Below are positions 50,906 to 62,962 of a stretch of 64,000 bases of DNA, piece after piece. How positions within the stretch are numbered: the first letter of the stretch is position 1; each line of letters starts with the position of its first letter. Below the pieces are notes generated by a model that had not been told where the DNA came from, made no database searches, and saw nothing but the letters and a program-made list of their open reading frames with translations. This DNA is from Escherichia coli (GTDB lineage: Bacteria; Pseudomonadota; Gammaproteobacteria; Enterobacterales; Enterobacteriaceae): assembly GCF_050320075.1 (NCBI RefSeq), contig NZ_CP190018.1. One strand, given 5' to 3'. Both the position numbers and the translations under genes were made by a program.

Positions 50906-52510
50906 TTAATCAAACGAAAGACGCCTACGTGCACGGGAGGCAGGTTTTACGACAGCCCGAGCCATCGCCTCACCAATTTCTGCACATGCCGTAAGTCCCT
51001 GAACGAAAGGCTGGTCGTGCATTAACCAGGGCAACGCGCCGAACGCTACGCGCCCACGAATATCTTCGGGTTGCTGTAACGTATAATCTTCGCCAACATC
51101 AGGGTTTTTATCCCCTGTTTTCTGTAATTGTTCGCGTAGTCCAGGGAAAGGAATATCTTTCACTTTAAGCGGACGCTGCCCACGGGCATCAATAAAAACG
51201 TCAAACGAGTAGCTGTTGTCTTCCGTTTTCAGGACGGTGCGCGACTCATTAATTTCCATTTCGTAGTCTTCACCGAGGGCGAGAATATGAATGATTCCCG
51301 CTTCACGTAAGGCCAGTAGTCGACGAATAGACTCTGAAGGGATTGCCGCATAATTATCGATGAAAACCCGGGCAAGGCCTTTACTGAACCGTTTATGGTC
51401 GTGTTCATTCAGATGTGGAACAATTTCCTGTACTGCTTCATGCAGGCGCAGAATGACATAACGCCAGGGAACAGTATGTTTTTCTCGTTTATTGCGTTCG
51501 ACTTCCTGGAGATTTTTTTCTGCCCAGTCAAATGGGTCGCGTTGTTTGCGCTCGGCAAACCAGGCTTGAGCAAAGGAATCGACATTCAGGCTCTCTAAGG
51601 CTATGCGTTGGCTCCAGCCTGGATCAGCAAACTTGATTTCCTCTACTATCAATCTAAATACCCGATCCAAAAGGCCATATTCGCCTTTTTGAATCTCAGC
51701 ATTTAATGCTTGATCAGTGACGATGTGTAAGGGCTCGTAGGGAATAGGGCAATAGAAATCGGCTTCGGGTAAAATACCCGTGCGCGACATTAACGTAATA
51801 TTTAGCTTTTCACTTGCGTTATCGCGGTGAAAAATGACGTGTTGTTTATCATCTTCAATGAACGAACCATGCTGAATAGCCACTGCCATTGCCGCATCCA
51901 GTCCGCTCAAGGATGTTCCCATAATACCCACGTTACACGCATCGACCTTTGCTTCCATCAGGCCTGACCACGGGCTGGGAAAGTACGTTCTGGTTGCTTC
52001 TTCTTCATCAGGCCAGACGTGACCCGTGGCAATCACCGCTAAATCAAACGTCTCGCTGGGTAAATCCTGATTTGTAGCGAGCATGACGCCAGCATTTGTA
52101 ATTTGCAGATCGGTAACCTGGCATGATTCATAAACAGCCACCGCAAATTTTTGCTGTCGTGCCTGGTCTACTAATCGTAAAAATTGATCGCGGAAATATT
52201 CGCCCAGCAGAATTCGCGGTAAAAACTGACGATCGTGCAAGGTTTCTTTTTTAACGCCATAACGCTGGAGATGGCTGGCTTCTTGCTTTTGTAGCCATTC
52301 GAGATACGTACAATAAATCGGCGGTATTTCAATACTGGCAATATTTGCCAGCATCAGTTTTGAGTTTTCCTCATCACTGTATGGCATCCCGACACCGGCT
52401 TCGTCAGCCTGCTCGAAGATAGAAATAGAAAGTGGAGTTTGTTGCTGTAGAAGCGAGAATAAGGTGTAGATCCCCGTAGGCCCGGCACCCACAATAGCAA
52501 TTTTTTTCAT
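50906..52510 (-). CDS. ydhS: FAD/NAD(P)-binding protein
   Basis: 534-aa ORF with N-terminal GAGPTG dinucleotide-binding motif. Confidence 0.85.
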   Translation of the reverse strand: MKKIAIVGAGPTGIYTLFSLLQQQTPLSISIFEQADEAGVGMPYSDEENSKLMLANIASIEIPPIYCTYLEWLQKQEASHLQRYGVKKETLHDRQFLPRILLGEYFRDQFLRLVDQARQQKFAVAVYESCQVTDLQITNAGVMLATNQDLPSETFDLAVIATGHVWPDEEEATRTYFPSPWSGLMEAKVDACNVGIMGTSLSGLDAAMAVAIQHGSFIEDDKQHVIFHRDNASEKLNITLMSRTGILPEADFYCPIPYEPLHIVTDQALNAEIQKGEYGLLDRVFRLIVEEIKFADPGWSQRIALESLNVDSFAQAWFAERKQRDPFDWAEKNLQEVERNKREKHTVPWRYVILRLHEAVQEIVPHLNEHDHKRFSKGLARVFIDNYAAIPSESIRRLLALREAGIIHILALGEDYEMEINESRTVLKTEDNSYSFDVFIDARGQRPLKVKDIPFPGLREQLQKTGDKNPDVGEDYTLQQPEDIRGRVAFGALPWLMHDQPFVQGLTACAEIGEAMARAVVKPASRARRRLSFD

Positions 52511-52635
52511 TGTTACTTACCTGTACGCATTCTTTCGAATTTAGTGTTATCAGATAAGTTTGGTTGAAATTTTTAGAATTTGAGAAATTTCAGACAGGGA
52601 TGAAAAGGGCGCTAACCGCCCTTGGTTAAAATCTG

Positions 52636-52941
52636 TCAGGCGAGTTTTGCCTGATTGATTTGACTCAGTGGCTCATTGACATCGAAAACTTTGGCGACAA
52701 CTTCCTCAACGCCGAGATTTTTCAGTCGGGCAGTATGTTTTTCCAGATAGGCAAGGGCGCTTTTTTCATCAGTGAAAAGGTAGATCCCACCGGCTTCGTG
52801 GTTCTTTTCACTTTCTGTCCATACCTTCCACAGAAAACCAGGTTCCTGATTAATCGACTCAGCAAGCGGTTCAAGCTGCTCAGCCATTGCGTCGCCAAAT
52901 GGGCCATTAAAAGCAAAATGAAGTTGTAACAAAGTTGCCAT
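52636..52941 (-). CDS. ydhR: putative monooxygenase (dimeric alpha/beta barrel)
   Basis: 101-aa ORF. Confidence 0.85.
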   Translation of the reverse strand: MATLLQLHFAFNGPFGDAMAEQLEPLAESINQEPGFLWKVWTESEKNHEAGGIYLFTDEKSALAYLEKHTARLKNLGVEEVVAKVFDVNEPLSQINQAKLA

Positions 52942-53048
52942 AGCGATTCTCCTTCTGATAACGCATACGAAGACAGTGTAAATCTTTTAATGTATTGGAT
53001 ACAGAGAAGAAACAGAGGGAAAAAGGAGAAGACCAGATTAAGAAAATC

Positions 53049-53125
53049 TGGTGCGTCCGAGTGGACTCGAACCACCGACCCCCACCATGTCAAGGTGGTG
53101 CTCTAACCAACTGAGCTACGGACGC
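53049..53125 (-). tRNA. valW: tRNA-Val (anticodon GAC)
   Basis: minus-strand GCGTCCGTAGCTCAGTTGGTTAGAGCACCACCTTGACATGGTGGGGGTCGGTGGTTCGAGTCCACTCGGACGCACCA. Confidence 0.95.
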
Positions 53126-53129
53126 AGGA

Positions 53130-53206
53130 TGGTGCGTTCAATTGGACTCGAACCAACGACCCCCACCATGTCAAGGTGGTGCTCTAACCAACTGAGCTAT
53201 GAACGC
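53130..53206 (-). tRNA. valV: tRNA-Val (anticodon GAC)
   Basis: minus-strand GCGTTCATAGCTCAGTTGGTTAGAGCACCACCTTGACATGGTGGGGGTCGTTGGTTCGAGTCCAATTGAACGCACCA. Confidence 0.95.
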
Positions 53207-53232
53207 AACGTTGTAGGTGACAACGGGGACGA

Positions 53233-53261
53233 ATATTAGCGGCAGAGTGGGAAGGTGGCAA
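53233..53261 (-). promoter_or_regulatory. candidate sigma70 promoter of valVW
   Basis: minus-strand TTGCCA-17bp-TAATAT followed by GC-rich discriminator, about 20-30 nt upstream of tRNA 5' end. Confidence 0.45.
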
Positions 53262-53513
53262 GAGGCAAAACGTATTTTTCTGCGGTATTTCGACCGTTTG
53301 CAGAGCTTTTAAGCAAATTGGCTATATTTTGTTGATTTGCAAGGGCGATTTTTATTCAGGATCGCATTTACATCTGACACAACCCAATAATCTGTGTATC
53401 AGAGTTTAAACAGAGTTGTTTGCCACCATCTCAAATCTGTCGTGGATAAATCCTTCGTAGCCTTTACACTTAGGTAGCAATAAAGGCACACAGATGCAGC
53501 AAAGGAATAAATC

Positions 53514-54770
53514 ATGGGATCTGATGCGAAAAACTTGATGAGCGACGGGAACGTGCAAATTGTTAAGACCGGCGAGGTCATTGGCGTGACGCAACTTACT
53601 GAAGGTGAGTTAATTGTTGAAGCTGGCGGAAGAGCCGAAAATACCGTGGTCACGGGGGCTGGCTGGTTGAAAGTGGCAACCGGTGGGATCGCCAAATGCA
53701 CACAGTACGGCAACAATGGCACGCTATCGGTCAGCGACGGTGCCATTGCCACAGATATTGTTCAGTCCGAGGGAGGCGCAATTAGTCTCTCTACGCTCGC
53801 TACGGTTAATGGCCGCCATCCCGAAGGTGAATTCAGCGTTGATAAAGGTTATGCCTGCGGTTTGTTGCTGGAAAATGGCGGTAACCTGCGTGTACTGGAA
53901 GGCCATCGCGCGGAAAAAATTATTCTCGATCAAGAGGGTGGCCTGTTGGTCAATGGGACAACCTCAGCGGTCGTGGTAGATGAAGGTGGTGAATTGTTGG
54001 TGTATCCAGGTGGGGAAGCCAGCAATTGTGAGATTAATCAGGGCGGCGTTTTTATGCTGGCGGGGAAAGCCAGTGATACATTGCTTGCTGGTGGCACCAT
54101 GAATAATCTCGGTGGTGAAGACTCTGACACTATTGTTGAGAATGGATCCACTTATCGTCTGGGGACGGATGGTCTTCAGCTCTACAGTTCCGGTAAGACG
54201 CAAAACCTGTCCGTTAATGTGGGTGGTCGGGCTGAAGTGCATGCCGGTACGCTGGAAAATGCGGTAATACAAGGTGGGACAGTGATCCTGTTGTCACCCA
54301 CCAGCGCGGACGAAAATTTTGTCGTAGAGGAAGATCGCGTACCGGTTGAACTGACCGGTAGTGTTGCATTACTGGACGGCGCTTCAATGATTATTGGCTA
54401 TGGCGCAGATCTGCAACAATCAACGATTACTGTACAGCAGGGCGGTGTGTTGATTCTCGACGGCAGTACGGTAAAAGGTGACAGTGTCACTTTCAGTGTT
54501 GGTAACATCAATCTCAATGGCGGAAAACTGTGGCTGATCACTGATGCGGCAACGCAGGTGCATCTGAAAGTGAAACGCCTGCGTGGAGAGGGAGCCATTT
54601 GCCTGCAAACCAGTGCGAAAGAAATTTCACCTGACTTCATCAATGTGAAAGGGGAAGTTACCGGGGATATACACGTTGAGATAACAGATGCCAGTCGGCA
54701 AACTCTGTGTAACGCACTGAAACTACAGCCAGACGAAGACGGGATTGGCGCAACGCTCCAGCCTGCGTAA
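53514..54770 (+). CDS. ydhQ: autotransporter passenger-like beta-helix repeat protein (no obvious signal peptide or beta-barrel)
   Basis: 418-aa Gly/Val/Asn-rich repeat ORF resembling AIDA-type passenger domains. Confidence 0.85.
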   Translation: MGSDAKNLMSDGNVQIVKTGEVIGVTQLTEGELIVEAGGRAENTVVTGAGWLKVATGGIAKCTQYGNNGTLSVSDGAIATDIVQSEGGAISLSTLATVNGRHPEGEFSVDKGYACGLLLENGGNLRVLEGHRAEKIILDQEGGLLVNGTTSAVVVDEGGELLVYPGGEASNCEINQGGVFMLAGKASDTLLAGGTMNNLGGEDSDTIVENGSTYRLGTDGLQLYSSGKTQNLSVNVGGRAEVHAGTLENAVIQGGTVILLSPTSADENFVVEEDRVPVELTGSVALLDGASMIIGYGADLQQSTITVQQGGVLILDGSTVKGDSVTFSVGNINLNGGKLWLITDAATQVHLKVKRLRGEGAICLQTSAKEISPDFINVKGEVTGDIHVEITDASRQTLCNALKLQPDEDGIGATLQPA

Positions 54771-54776
54771 AAACAC

Positions 54777-54809
54777 AGGCGCAACCCGTGAAGGTTGCGC
54801 CTTGTCTTT
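54777..54809. terminator. terminator between convergent ydhQ and mdtK
   Basis: AGGCGCAACC-CGTGAA-GGTTGCGCCT hairpin followed by TTGTCTTT. Confidence 0.65.
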
Positions 54810-54810
54810 A

Positions 54811-56205
<1,395 letters not shown>

Positions 56206-56398
56206 TTATATGAGAGACTAAAAAGCCGCCTGAATGGGCAGCAAAAAGAAGAAGCAGGGGAAATTCAGTCTATTGTAGCGAGGATTTATTAATTCTCCAG
56301 TGAAAAAATAGCCATTCTTGCCCCTTCACTGGTAAGGGCGTTTTCCACCTGCTATTGTGCTGAACAGAATGTCTTAACTGATTTCAGGAGTTGTAAGT

Positions 56399-57040
56399 AT
56401 GTTTACGGGGATTGTACAGGGCACCGCAAAACTGGTGTCGATTGACGAGAAACCAAATTTTCGCACGCATGTGGTGGAGTTACCCGACCACATGCTGGAC
56501 GGCCTGGAAACCGGTGCGTCCGTGGCGCATAACGGTTGCTGCCTGACCGTAACGGAAATTAACGGCAACCATGTCAGTTTTGACCTCATGAAAGAAACGT
56601 TACGCATTACCAATCTTGGCGATTTAAAAGTGGGGGATTGGGTAAACGTTGAGCGTGCGGCGAAATTCAGCGATGAAATTGGCGGACACTTAATGTCAGG
56701 TCATATTATGACCACCGCTGAAGTCGCGAAAATATTAACCTCGGAAAATAATCGCCAGATCTGGTTTAAAGTCCAGGATAGTCAGTTGATGAAATATATC
56801 CTGTACAAAGGATTTATTGGCATCGACGGTATTAGCCTGACCGTCGGCGAAGTCACGCCAACGCGTTTTTGCGTCCATTTAATTCCGGAAACACTGGAAC
56901 GCACGACTCTTGGGAAGAAAAAACTCGGCGCACGCGTCAACATTGAAATCGATCCACAAACTCAGGCAGTGGTAGATACGGTAGAACGAGTGCTGGCGGC
57001 ACGAGAAAATGCCATGAATCAACCAGGTACAGAAGCCTGA
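56399..57040 (+). CDS. ribC: riboflavin synthase
   Basis: 213-aa [19 protein letters not shown]..., lumazine-binding repeat. Confidence 0.93.
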   Translation: MFTGIVQGTAKLVSIDEKPNFRTHVVELPDHMLDGLETGASVAHNGCCLTVTEINGNHVSFDLMKETLRITNLGDLKVGDWVNVERAAKFSDEIGGHLMSGHIMTTAEVAKILTSENNRQIWFKVQDSQLMKYILYKGFIGIDGISLTVGEVTPTRFCVHLIPETLERTTLGKKKLGARVNIEIDPQTQAVVDTVERVLAARENAMNQPGTEA

Positions 57041-57046
57041 TCTGAA

Positions 57047-57069
57047 ATCGCCCCCGGAGAGGGGGCGAT
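57047..57069. terminator. hairpin between convergent ribC and cfa
   Basis: ATCGCCCCC-GGAGA-GGGGGCGAT perfect 9-bp stem; weak U-tract. Confidence 0.45.
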
Positions 57070-57079
57070 AGAATAGCCT

Positions 57080-58228
57080 TTAGCGAGCCACTCGAAGGCC
57101 GTTTTCAACACCGCGTGAGAACACGACCTGCCAGAGCTGAATATCACGGGCGCGGAAAGCACCTGCACAGGCATTCAGATAATAGGTAAACATCCGTTTA
57201 AAGCGTTCACTGTAGTTATCCGCAATTTCTGGCCATGCGGCGAGGAATCGTTCATACCACGCCATCAACGTAGTATCGTAATCAGCACCGAAGTTATGCC
57301 AGTCTTCCATCACAAAGTGGGGTTCGCTGGACTGAGCAATCTGGCGTACAGAGGGCAGGCAACCGTTCGGAAAAATATATTTATTAATCCAGGGATCAAC
57401 ATTCAGATCGGTTTTTTTCGAACCGATAGTATGGAGCAGGAATATGCCTTCCGGTTTCAAATTACGATCCACCACCGCAAAATAAGTATCGTAATTTTTC
57501 GGTCCGACGTGCTCGAACATCCCCACAGAAACAATACGATCAAACTGGTCGTTCAGGTCACGATAATCTTGCAGCAAAATGGTGACATCCAGGCCTTCGC
57601 AGCGTTCCTGAGCCATTTTTTGCTGTTCGGCAGAAATGGTGACGCCAACCACGCTTACGTCATAATTAGATGCCATGTAGTGCGCCAGTCCGCCCCAGCC
57701 GCAGCCAATATCCAGTACGCGCATCCCTGGTTTTAACTGCAATTTTTCACAAATCATTTTGAGCTTCGCCTGCTGGGCAGATTCCAGATTATCGGCATCT
57801 TTCCAGTAAGCGCAGGAATATTGCATGAAGGGATCAAGCATGCGGCTGAACAAGTCATTACCCAAATCGTAATGCTCTTTGCCGACTATCCAGGCACGTT
57901 TTTTACTCTGCAGATTGAAGAGACGAGCGCCGGCAATACGCAGCGTGTCTTTGAAATGATGGGGGAGTTGGTTCTCGAGACCTGCGCGTAAGACTTTGCT
58001 AAAAAACATATCCAGTCGGTCACATTCCCACCAGCCATCCATATAACTTTCGCCTAACCCCAACGATCCTTCCTGCAGAACGCGTTTAAAAAAATCGGGG
58101 TTTTTCACATGAATATCCGCCGGGGCAGAACCGTTAATGGCTATACCGGCACGGCTAAGTAATTCGTTGGCGATACGGTACCAGTTGTCATCCGGTACAC
58201 TGACTTCTTCTATACACGATGAACTCAT
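57080..58228 (-). CDS. cfa: cyclopropane fatty acyl phospholipid synthase
   Basis: 382-aa SAM-dependent methyltransferase ORF. Confidence 0.93.
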   Translation of the reverse strand: MSSSCIEEVSVPDDNWYRIANELLSRAGIAINGSAPADIHVKNPDFFKRVLQEGSLGLGESYMDGWWECDRLDMFFSKVLRAGLENQLPHHFKDTLRIAGARLFNLQSKKRAWIVGKEHYDLGNDLFSRMLDPFMQYSCAYWKDADNLESAQQAKLKMICEKLQLKPGMRVLDIGCGWGGLAHYMASNYDVSVVGVTISAEQQKMAQERCEGLDVTILLQDYRDLNDQFDRIVSVGMFEHVGPKNYDTYFAVVDRNLKPEGIFLLHTIGSKKTDLNVDPWINKYIFPNGCLPSVRQIAQSSEPHFVMEDWHNFGADYDTTLMAWYERFLAAWPEIADNYSERFKRMFTYYLNACAGAFRARDIQLWQVVFSRGVENGLRVAR

Positions 58229-58518
58229 AGTTTCTCCATCACTGGTCGGTGATCAGAACCTTAAAACAGCGTAGACGCTTTTTGGGCTTTGTGAGAAATC
58301 TCGCAGAAAAAACCGCGAGTCTATAATCCGACGTAGAACAGAGGGAAAGGAGGAACCCTTGCCGAAATGACCATCCATAGCGAGTCGGGAACGATCCTGT
58401 CCCCGTAAAAACATAATATTTATCGTAGCTTTAACAACTCGAAATTAGTATAGGCCGCTAATTTCAATCATACAACAAAATTTTGTTAGCAGCCTAAGTA
58501 TAAGCATATCGATATAGA

Positions 58519-59730
58519 TCAGTGTGATTCGCTATGAGCGACTTCGGCATTGCCATGATTCTGGCAGTCTACTTCTTCACAACGTTGCATCATGTAACCC
58601 AGAGCAACCAGCACTACTGTTGATAACATCACGCTGGTGGTGGTGAGCAATGGCGTGCTGATACTGATAAGCCAGGAAACTACCAGACTTGCGAGGAAGC
58701 ACAGACCCAGTTGTAGAGTGTTCTGCAACGCTGCGGCGCGACCAGTTGCATGTGGGAAGGGACGCAGCGCCTGGGCGACAACAATCGGGTAGATCGCGCC
58801 ATTGGCAATCGCCATCACACAGAATGGGATCAGGATTTCGACTAGCGACACATGGCTAATGAAGCCCGCAGCCCAGGTCGCAATGACGCTGACAGCAAAC
58901 AGTACCAGCAACCACGGTAATAACTGCTTGCCTTGCCATTTCTGCAGTGCGGCGCGACAGCCATAACCACCAATCAGAAACGCGATAGTTTGCGGGACAT
59001 AACTTAAACCAATAACTGCCGGGCTGTAGCCCATTTCACTAAGGATGAACGGTGAGCCGGTCAGCCATGCAAAAAAACTGGCTGAACAGGCCGCATATAT
59101 CAGCACGTTGCCGCGATAGGTTTTAGAACGTAGCAGGTCGGTAAAGGTCAGACCATCCTGACTATTGTTACGGGCCTTCGTCGTGGGTTTGAGCCAGAAA
59201 ATAGGCAGAATCAGCACCACGGTAATGGCAAACAGGGTGGCGAAAATCGCCTGCCAGGAAAAATGGACCAGCAGCCAGCTTCCTAACAGAGGAGCCAGTG
59301 CCGGAGATAGACCCACCAGCGGCATGATGGTCGCAAAAATACGGTTAACTTTCTGTGAAGGATAATAATCCGTCACTAACGCTTGCCAGATAACCGCCGC
59401 GGCGCAGACACCCACAGCCTGTACAAAACGCAATACCAGCAGCGTAGCGGCGTTTTCTACCCACAGCATCCCCAGACTACCTAACGCAAAAATTGTCAGG
59501 CCGATTAATAATACCGGTTTACGACCATAACGGTCGGAGAGCGGCCCCCACAGAAGCTGGGCTGCGGCAAAACCGGCAAGGAACAGACTAAGGCTGGCAC
59601 TGACAGCAGACGCAGGCGTTTGCAGGTCGGCCTGTATGGCGGCGAAAGCAGGCAGATACATATCGGTTGCCAGAAAACCGAGTACGCTCAAACCCGCCAG
59701 CCAGACTAAAAATCTTTTCCCAGGTTGCAT
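58519..59730 (-). CDS. punC: MFS transporter (purine nucleoside importer PunC / YdhC)
   Basis: 403-aa polytopic membrane ORF. Confidence 0.85.
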   Translation of the reverse strand: MQPGKRFLVWLAGLSVLGFLATDMYLPAFAAIQADLQTPASAVSASLSLFLAGFAAAQLLWGPLSDRYGRKPVLLIGLTIFALGSLGMLWVENAATLLVLRFVQAVGVCAAAVIWQALVTDYYPSQKVNRIFATIMPLVGLSPALAPLLGSWLLVHFSWQAIFATLFAITVVLILPIFWLKPTTKARNNSQDGLTFTDLLRSKTYRGNVLIYAACSASFFAWLTGSPFILSEMGYSPAVIGLSYVPQTIAFLIGGYGCRAALQKWQGKQLLPWLLVLFAVSVIATWAAGFISHVSLVEILIPFCVMAIANGAIYPIVVAQALRPFPHATGRAAALQNTLQLGLCFLASLVVSWLISISTPLLTTTSVMLSTVVLVALGYMMQRCEEVDCQNHGNAEVAHSESH

Positions 59731-59842
59731 GTATATTCTCTAAATCTCTCAATTAAACACCGCCGCAAAGTGTAGGGAGTGAAATTAGTGTTGTGAAACG
59801 GTAATATTTGATGACTGGTTTCAAAAATTTTGCAGGCAGACT

Positions 59843-60775
59843 ATGTGGTCAGAATATTCACTCGAAGTTGTTGATGCGGTAGCGCGTAATGGTAGTTTTA
59901 GCGCTGCGGCACAGGAGTTGCATCGCGTTCCTTCTGCGGTCAGCTATACCGTGCGTCAGCTGGAAGAGTGGCTGGCGGTGCCGCTGTTTGAACGACGTCA
60001 CCGTGATGTGGAACTGACCGCTGCCGGGGCGTGGTTTCTCAAAGAAGGGCGCTCTGTTGTCAAAAAAATGCAGATCACCCGGCAGCAATGTCAGCAGATA
60101 GCGAACGGCTGGCGCGGTCAGTTAGCTATCGCAGTGGATAATATTGTCAGGCCGGAACGTACACGGCAGATGATCGTTGATTTTTATCGCCATTTTGATG
60201 ATGTCGAACTCCTTGTCTTTCAGGAAGTGTTCAACGGTGTCTGGGATGCGCTTTCCGACGGGCGCGTGGAACTGGCGATTGGCGCAACACGCGCGATTCC
60301 GGTAGGCGGTCGTTATGCCTTCCGCGATATGGGGATGCTAAGCTGGAGTTGCGTTGTTGCCAGTCACCACCCGCTGGCGTTGATGGATGGCCCGTTCAGC
60401 GATGATACGTTGCGCAACTGGCCGTCGTTGGTGCGCGAAGACACCTCGCGAACGCTACCTAAACGTATTACCTGGTTGCTGGATAACCAAAAAAGACTTG
60501 TCGTGCCTGACTGGGAATCATCGGCAACCTGTATCTCTGCAGGATTATGCATAGGGATGGTGCCAACACATTTCGCCAAACCGTGGCTTAATGAGGGGAA
60601 GTGGGTGGCACTAGAACTGGAAAACCCCTTCCCGGATTCGGCATGTTGTCTGACATGGCAGCAAAATGATATGTCGCCTGCGTTAACCTGGTTGCTTGAG
60701 TATCTCGGCGATAGTGAGACGCTGAATAAGGAGTGGCTGCGGGAGCCGGAAGAGACTCCCGCAACGGGTGATTAA
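59843..60775 (+). CDS. punR: LysR-family transcriptional regulator (PunR / YdhB)
   Basis: 310-aa ORF with N-terminal HTH, divergent from punC. Confidence 0.85.
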
Positions 60776-61797
60776 CGACGATAGTCGCGGAACGGGCCGT
60801 CAGCCACGGAGCGGCGTTCAATCAACCGCGGATGCACTTCAATGGATTGCGGTTCTTCGCGTTTATTGACGATACGATCCAACAGCATATTGAACGCAGT
60901 TTCGCCCAGCGAATCTTTTGGCTGATGGATCGTGGTCAGCGCCGGCGTAAAATAGCGGGCGTTGCGCACGTTATCATACCCGATCAGCGAAACATCCTGC
61001 GGGACGCGCAGACCCATTTCATCAGCAGCACAAAGTGCGCCCATTGCCATGATATCGCCACCACAGAAGACGGCAGTAGGGCGATGCGGCTGCGACAGGA
61101 TTTGCTGCATGGCGCGATAACCGGATTCAGGTTCAAAGTCACCCTGCACAATCCAGCTTTCCGGCACTTTGATCATCGCTTCTTCCATCGCCTTCATAAA
61201 ACCGGCAAGGCGGCCTGCGCCGGTGTTACGTTCCAGTGGGCCAGGGATAACGCCGATTTCGCGGTGACCGCGTTCAATCAGATAACGCCCGGCCATGTAG
61301 CCGCCTTCGAACGCGTTATCAATGACCGCATCGGTGAAGTCAGCTTTTGCTTCACCCCAGTCCATCACCACCATCGGGATATGGCGATACTCTTCCAGCA
61401 TCGCCAGCAACGGCTCTGGGTACTCAGAACACATCACCAGCAGACCATCGACGCGTTTTTGCGCCATCATCGACAGATAAGCCCGCTGTTTCTCAAGATT
61501 GTTCCACGCATTGCCCAGAATCAGGGTGTAACCTTTCTGGAAGCAATTTTTTTCAACCGCTTCAATGATCTCGGCAAAATAGGCCGCTTCGCTGCTGGTC
61601 GCCAGCAAACCGATAGACTTGGTGTGGTTAACCTTCAGACTACGCGCCACCGCGCTAGGGGAGTAGTGTAATTCTTTGATCGCTGCCCACACGGCGTTGC
61701 GCGTTTCTTCAGCGACGAAACGTGTTTTGTTGATCACGTGTGACACAGTTGTAGTGGAAACGTTTGCTCGTTTCGCTACATCTTTTATTGTTGCCAT
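60772..61797 (-). CDS. purR: purine repressor
   Basis: 341-aa LacI-family [39 protein letters not shown]... Confidence 0.95.
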
Positions 61798-61840
61798 TCC
61801 ATTTCACTCCAGACCCTAACTTCAGCTCCTGCAAAATCGC

Positions 61841-61858
61841 AAGGTAAACGTTTGCCTT
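61841..61858. promoter_or_regulatory. PurR operator (autoregulation) in purR leader
   Basis: AAGGTAAACGTTTGCCTT, good match to the PurR box ACGCAAACGTTTGCGT; a second box-like site GAAACGTTTGCTCG lies in the first codons (61756-61771). Confidence 0.6.
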
Positions 61859-62066
61859 TACACACCTTACGCACAACAAAAGTGTTGCGGTACGCCGGAA
61901 AAACGACACGGAGCGTCAGGAAGGGGTCAATGGCCAGTACGCAAATAGTGTAAGCGTGGAATTTTGGCCGATCTTGACGAAAAGGGGAAGTGGTAAAAAC
62001 ACTTATCATTATAAATGACGGGAGATTTTTTCATCACAGTGTGTAAAAATGCGTAATATCACTTTT

Positions 62067-62075
62067 TGTGTGGTA
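62067..62075. repeat. IS1 target-site duplication, left copy (TGTGTGGTA)
   Basis: identical 9-mer at 62844-62852. Confidence 0.9.
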
Positions 62076-62130
62076 GGTGATGCTGCCAACTTACTGATTT
62101 AGTGTATGATGGTGTTTTTGAGGTGCTCCA

Positions 62131-62406
62131 GTGGCTTCTGTTTCTATCAGCTGTCCCTCCTGTTCAGCTACTGACGGGGTGGTGCGTAACGGCAAAAGCA
62201 CCGCCGGACATCAGCGCTATCTCTGCTCTCACTGCCGTAAAACATGGCAACTGCAGTTCACTTACACCGCTTCTCAACCCGGTACGCACCAGAAAATCAT
62301 TGATATGGCCATGAATGGCGTTGGATGCCGGGCAACTGCCCGCATTATGGGCGTTGGCCTCAACACGATTTTCCGCCATTTAAAAAACTCAGGCCGCAGT
62401 CGGTAA
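62131..62406 (+). CDS. insA: IS1 InsA (transposition repressor / N-terminal part of transposase)
   Basis: 91-aa [46 protein letters not shown]... Confidence 0.95.
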   Translation: MASVSISCPSCSATDGVVRNGKSTAGHQRYLCSHCRKTWQLQFTYTASQPGTHQKIIDMAMNGVGCRATARIMGVGLNTIFRHLKNSGRSR

Positions 62407-62828
62407 CCTCGCGCATACAGCCGGGCAGTGACGTCATCGTCTGCGCGGAAATGGACGAACAGTGGGGATACGTCGGGGCTAAATCGCGCCAGCGCTGGCT
62501 GTTTTACGCGTATGACAGGCTCCGGAAGACGGTTGTTGCGCACGTATTCGGTGAACGCACTATGGCGACGCTGGGGCGTCTTATGAGCCTGCTGTCACCC
62601 TTTGACGTGGTGATATGGATGACGGATGGCTGGCCGCTGTATGAATCCCGCCTGAAGGGAAAGCTGCACGTAATCAGCAAGCGATATACGCAGCGAATTG
62701 AGCGGCATAACCTGAATCTGAGGCAGCACCTGGCACGGCTGGGACGGAAGTCGCTGTCGTTCTCAAAATCGGTGGAGCTGCATGACAAAGTCATCGGGCA
62801 TTATCTGAACATAAAACACTATCAATAA
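62325..62828 (+). CDS. insB: IS1 InsB frame (expressed as InsAB' transposase by -1 frameshift at the A6C motif)
   Basis: 167-aa ORF in -1 frame relative to insA, with AAAAAAC slippery run near 62383. Confidence 0.9.
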   Translation: MPGNCPHYGRWPQHDFPPFKKLRPQSVTSRIQPGSDVIVCAEMDEQWGYVGAKSRQRWLFYAYDRLRKTVVAHVFGERTMATLGRLMSLLSPFDVVIWMTDGWPLYESRLKGKLHVISKRYTQRIERHNLNLRQHLARLGRKSLSFSKSVELHDKVIGHYLNIKHYQ

Positions 62829-62843
62829 GTTGGAGTCATTACC

Positions 62844-62852
62844 TGTGTGGTA
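62844..62852. repeat. IS1 target-site duplication, right copy (TGTGTGGTA)
   Basis: identical 9-mer at 62067-62075. Confidence 0.9.
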
Positions 62853-62872
62853 ATAAAAAAGGAGAAAACTTG

Positions 62873-62962
62873 ATGAGCACCGACCTTAAATTTTCACTGG
62901 TAACAACGATTATCGTCCTCGGTTTGATCGTGGCCGTGGGTTTGACTGCCGCGCTGCACTGA
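62873..62962 (+). CDS. ynhF: small membrane protein YnhF (29 aa)
   Basis: ATG with GGAGAAAA SD; product MSTDLKFSLVTTIIVLGLIVAVGLTAALH, single TM helix. Confidence 0.75.
   Translation: MSTDLKFSLVTTIIVLGLIVAVGLTAALH

Larger units (their letters stand above)
62076..62843 (+). mobile_element. IS1 insertion sequence, complete (768 bp) with terminal inverted repeats
   Basis: starts GGTGATGCTGCCAACTTACTGAT, ends GTTGGAGTCATTACC; encodes InsA and InsB; flanked by 9-bp direct repeat TGTGTGGTA. Confidence 0.95.
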
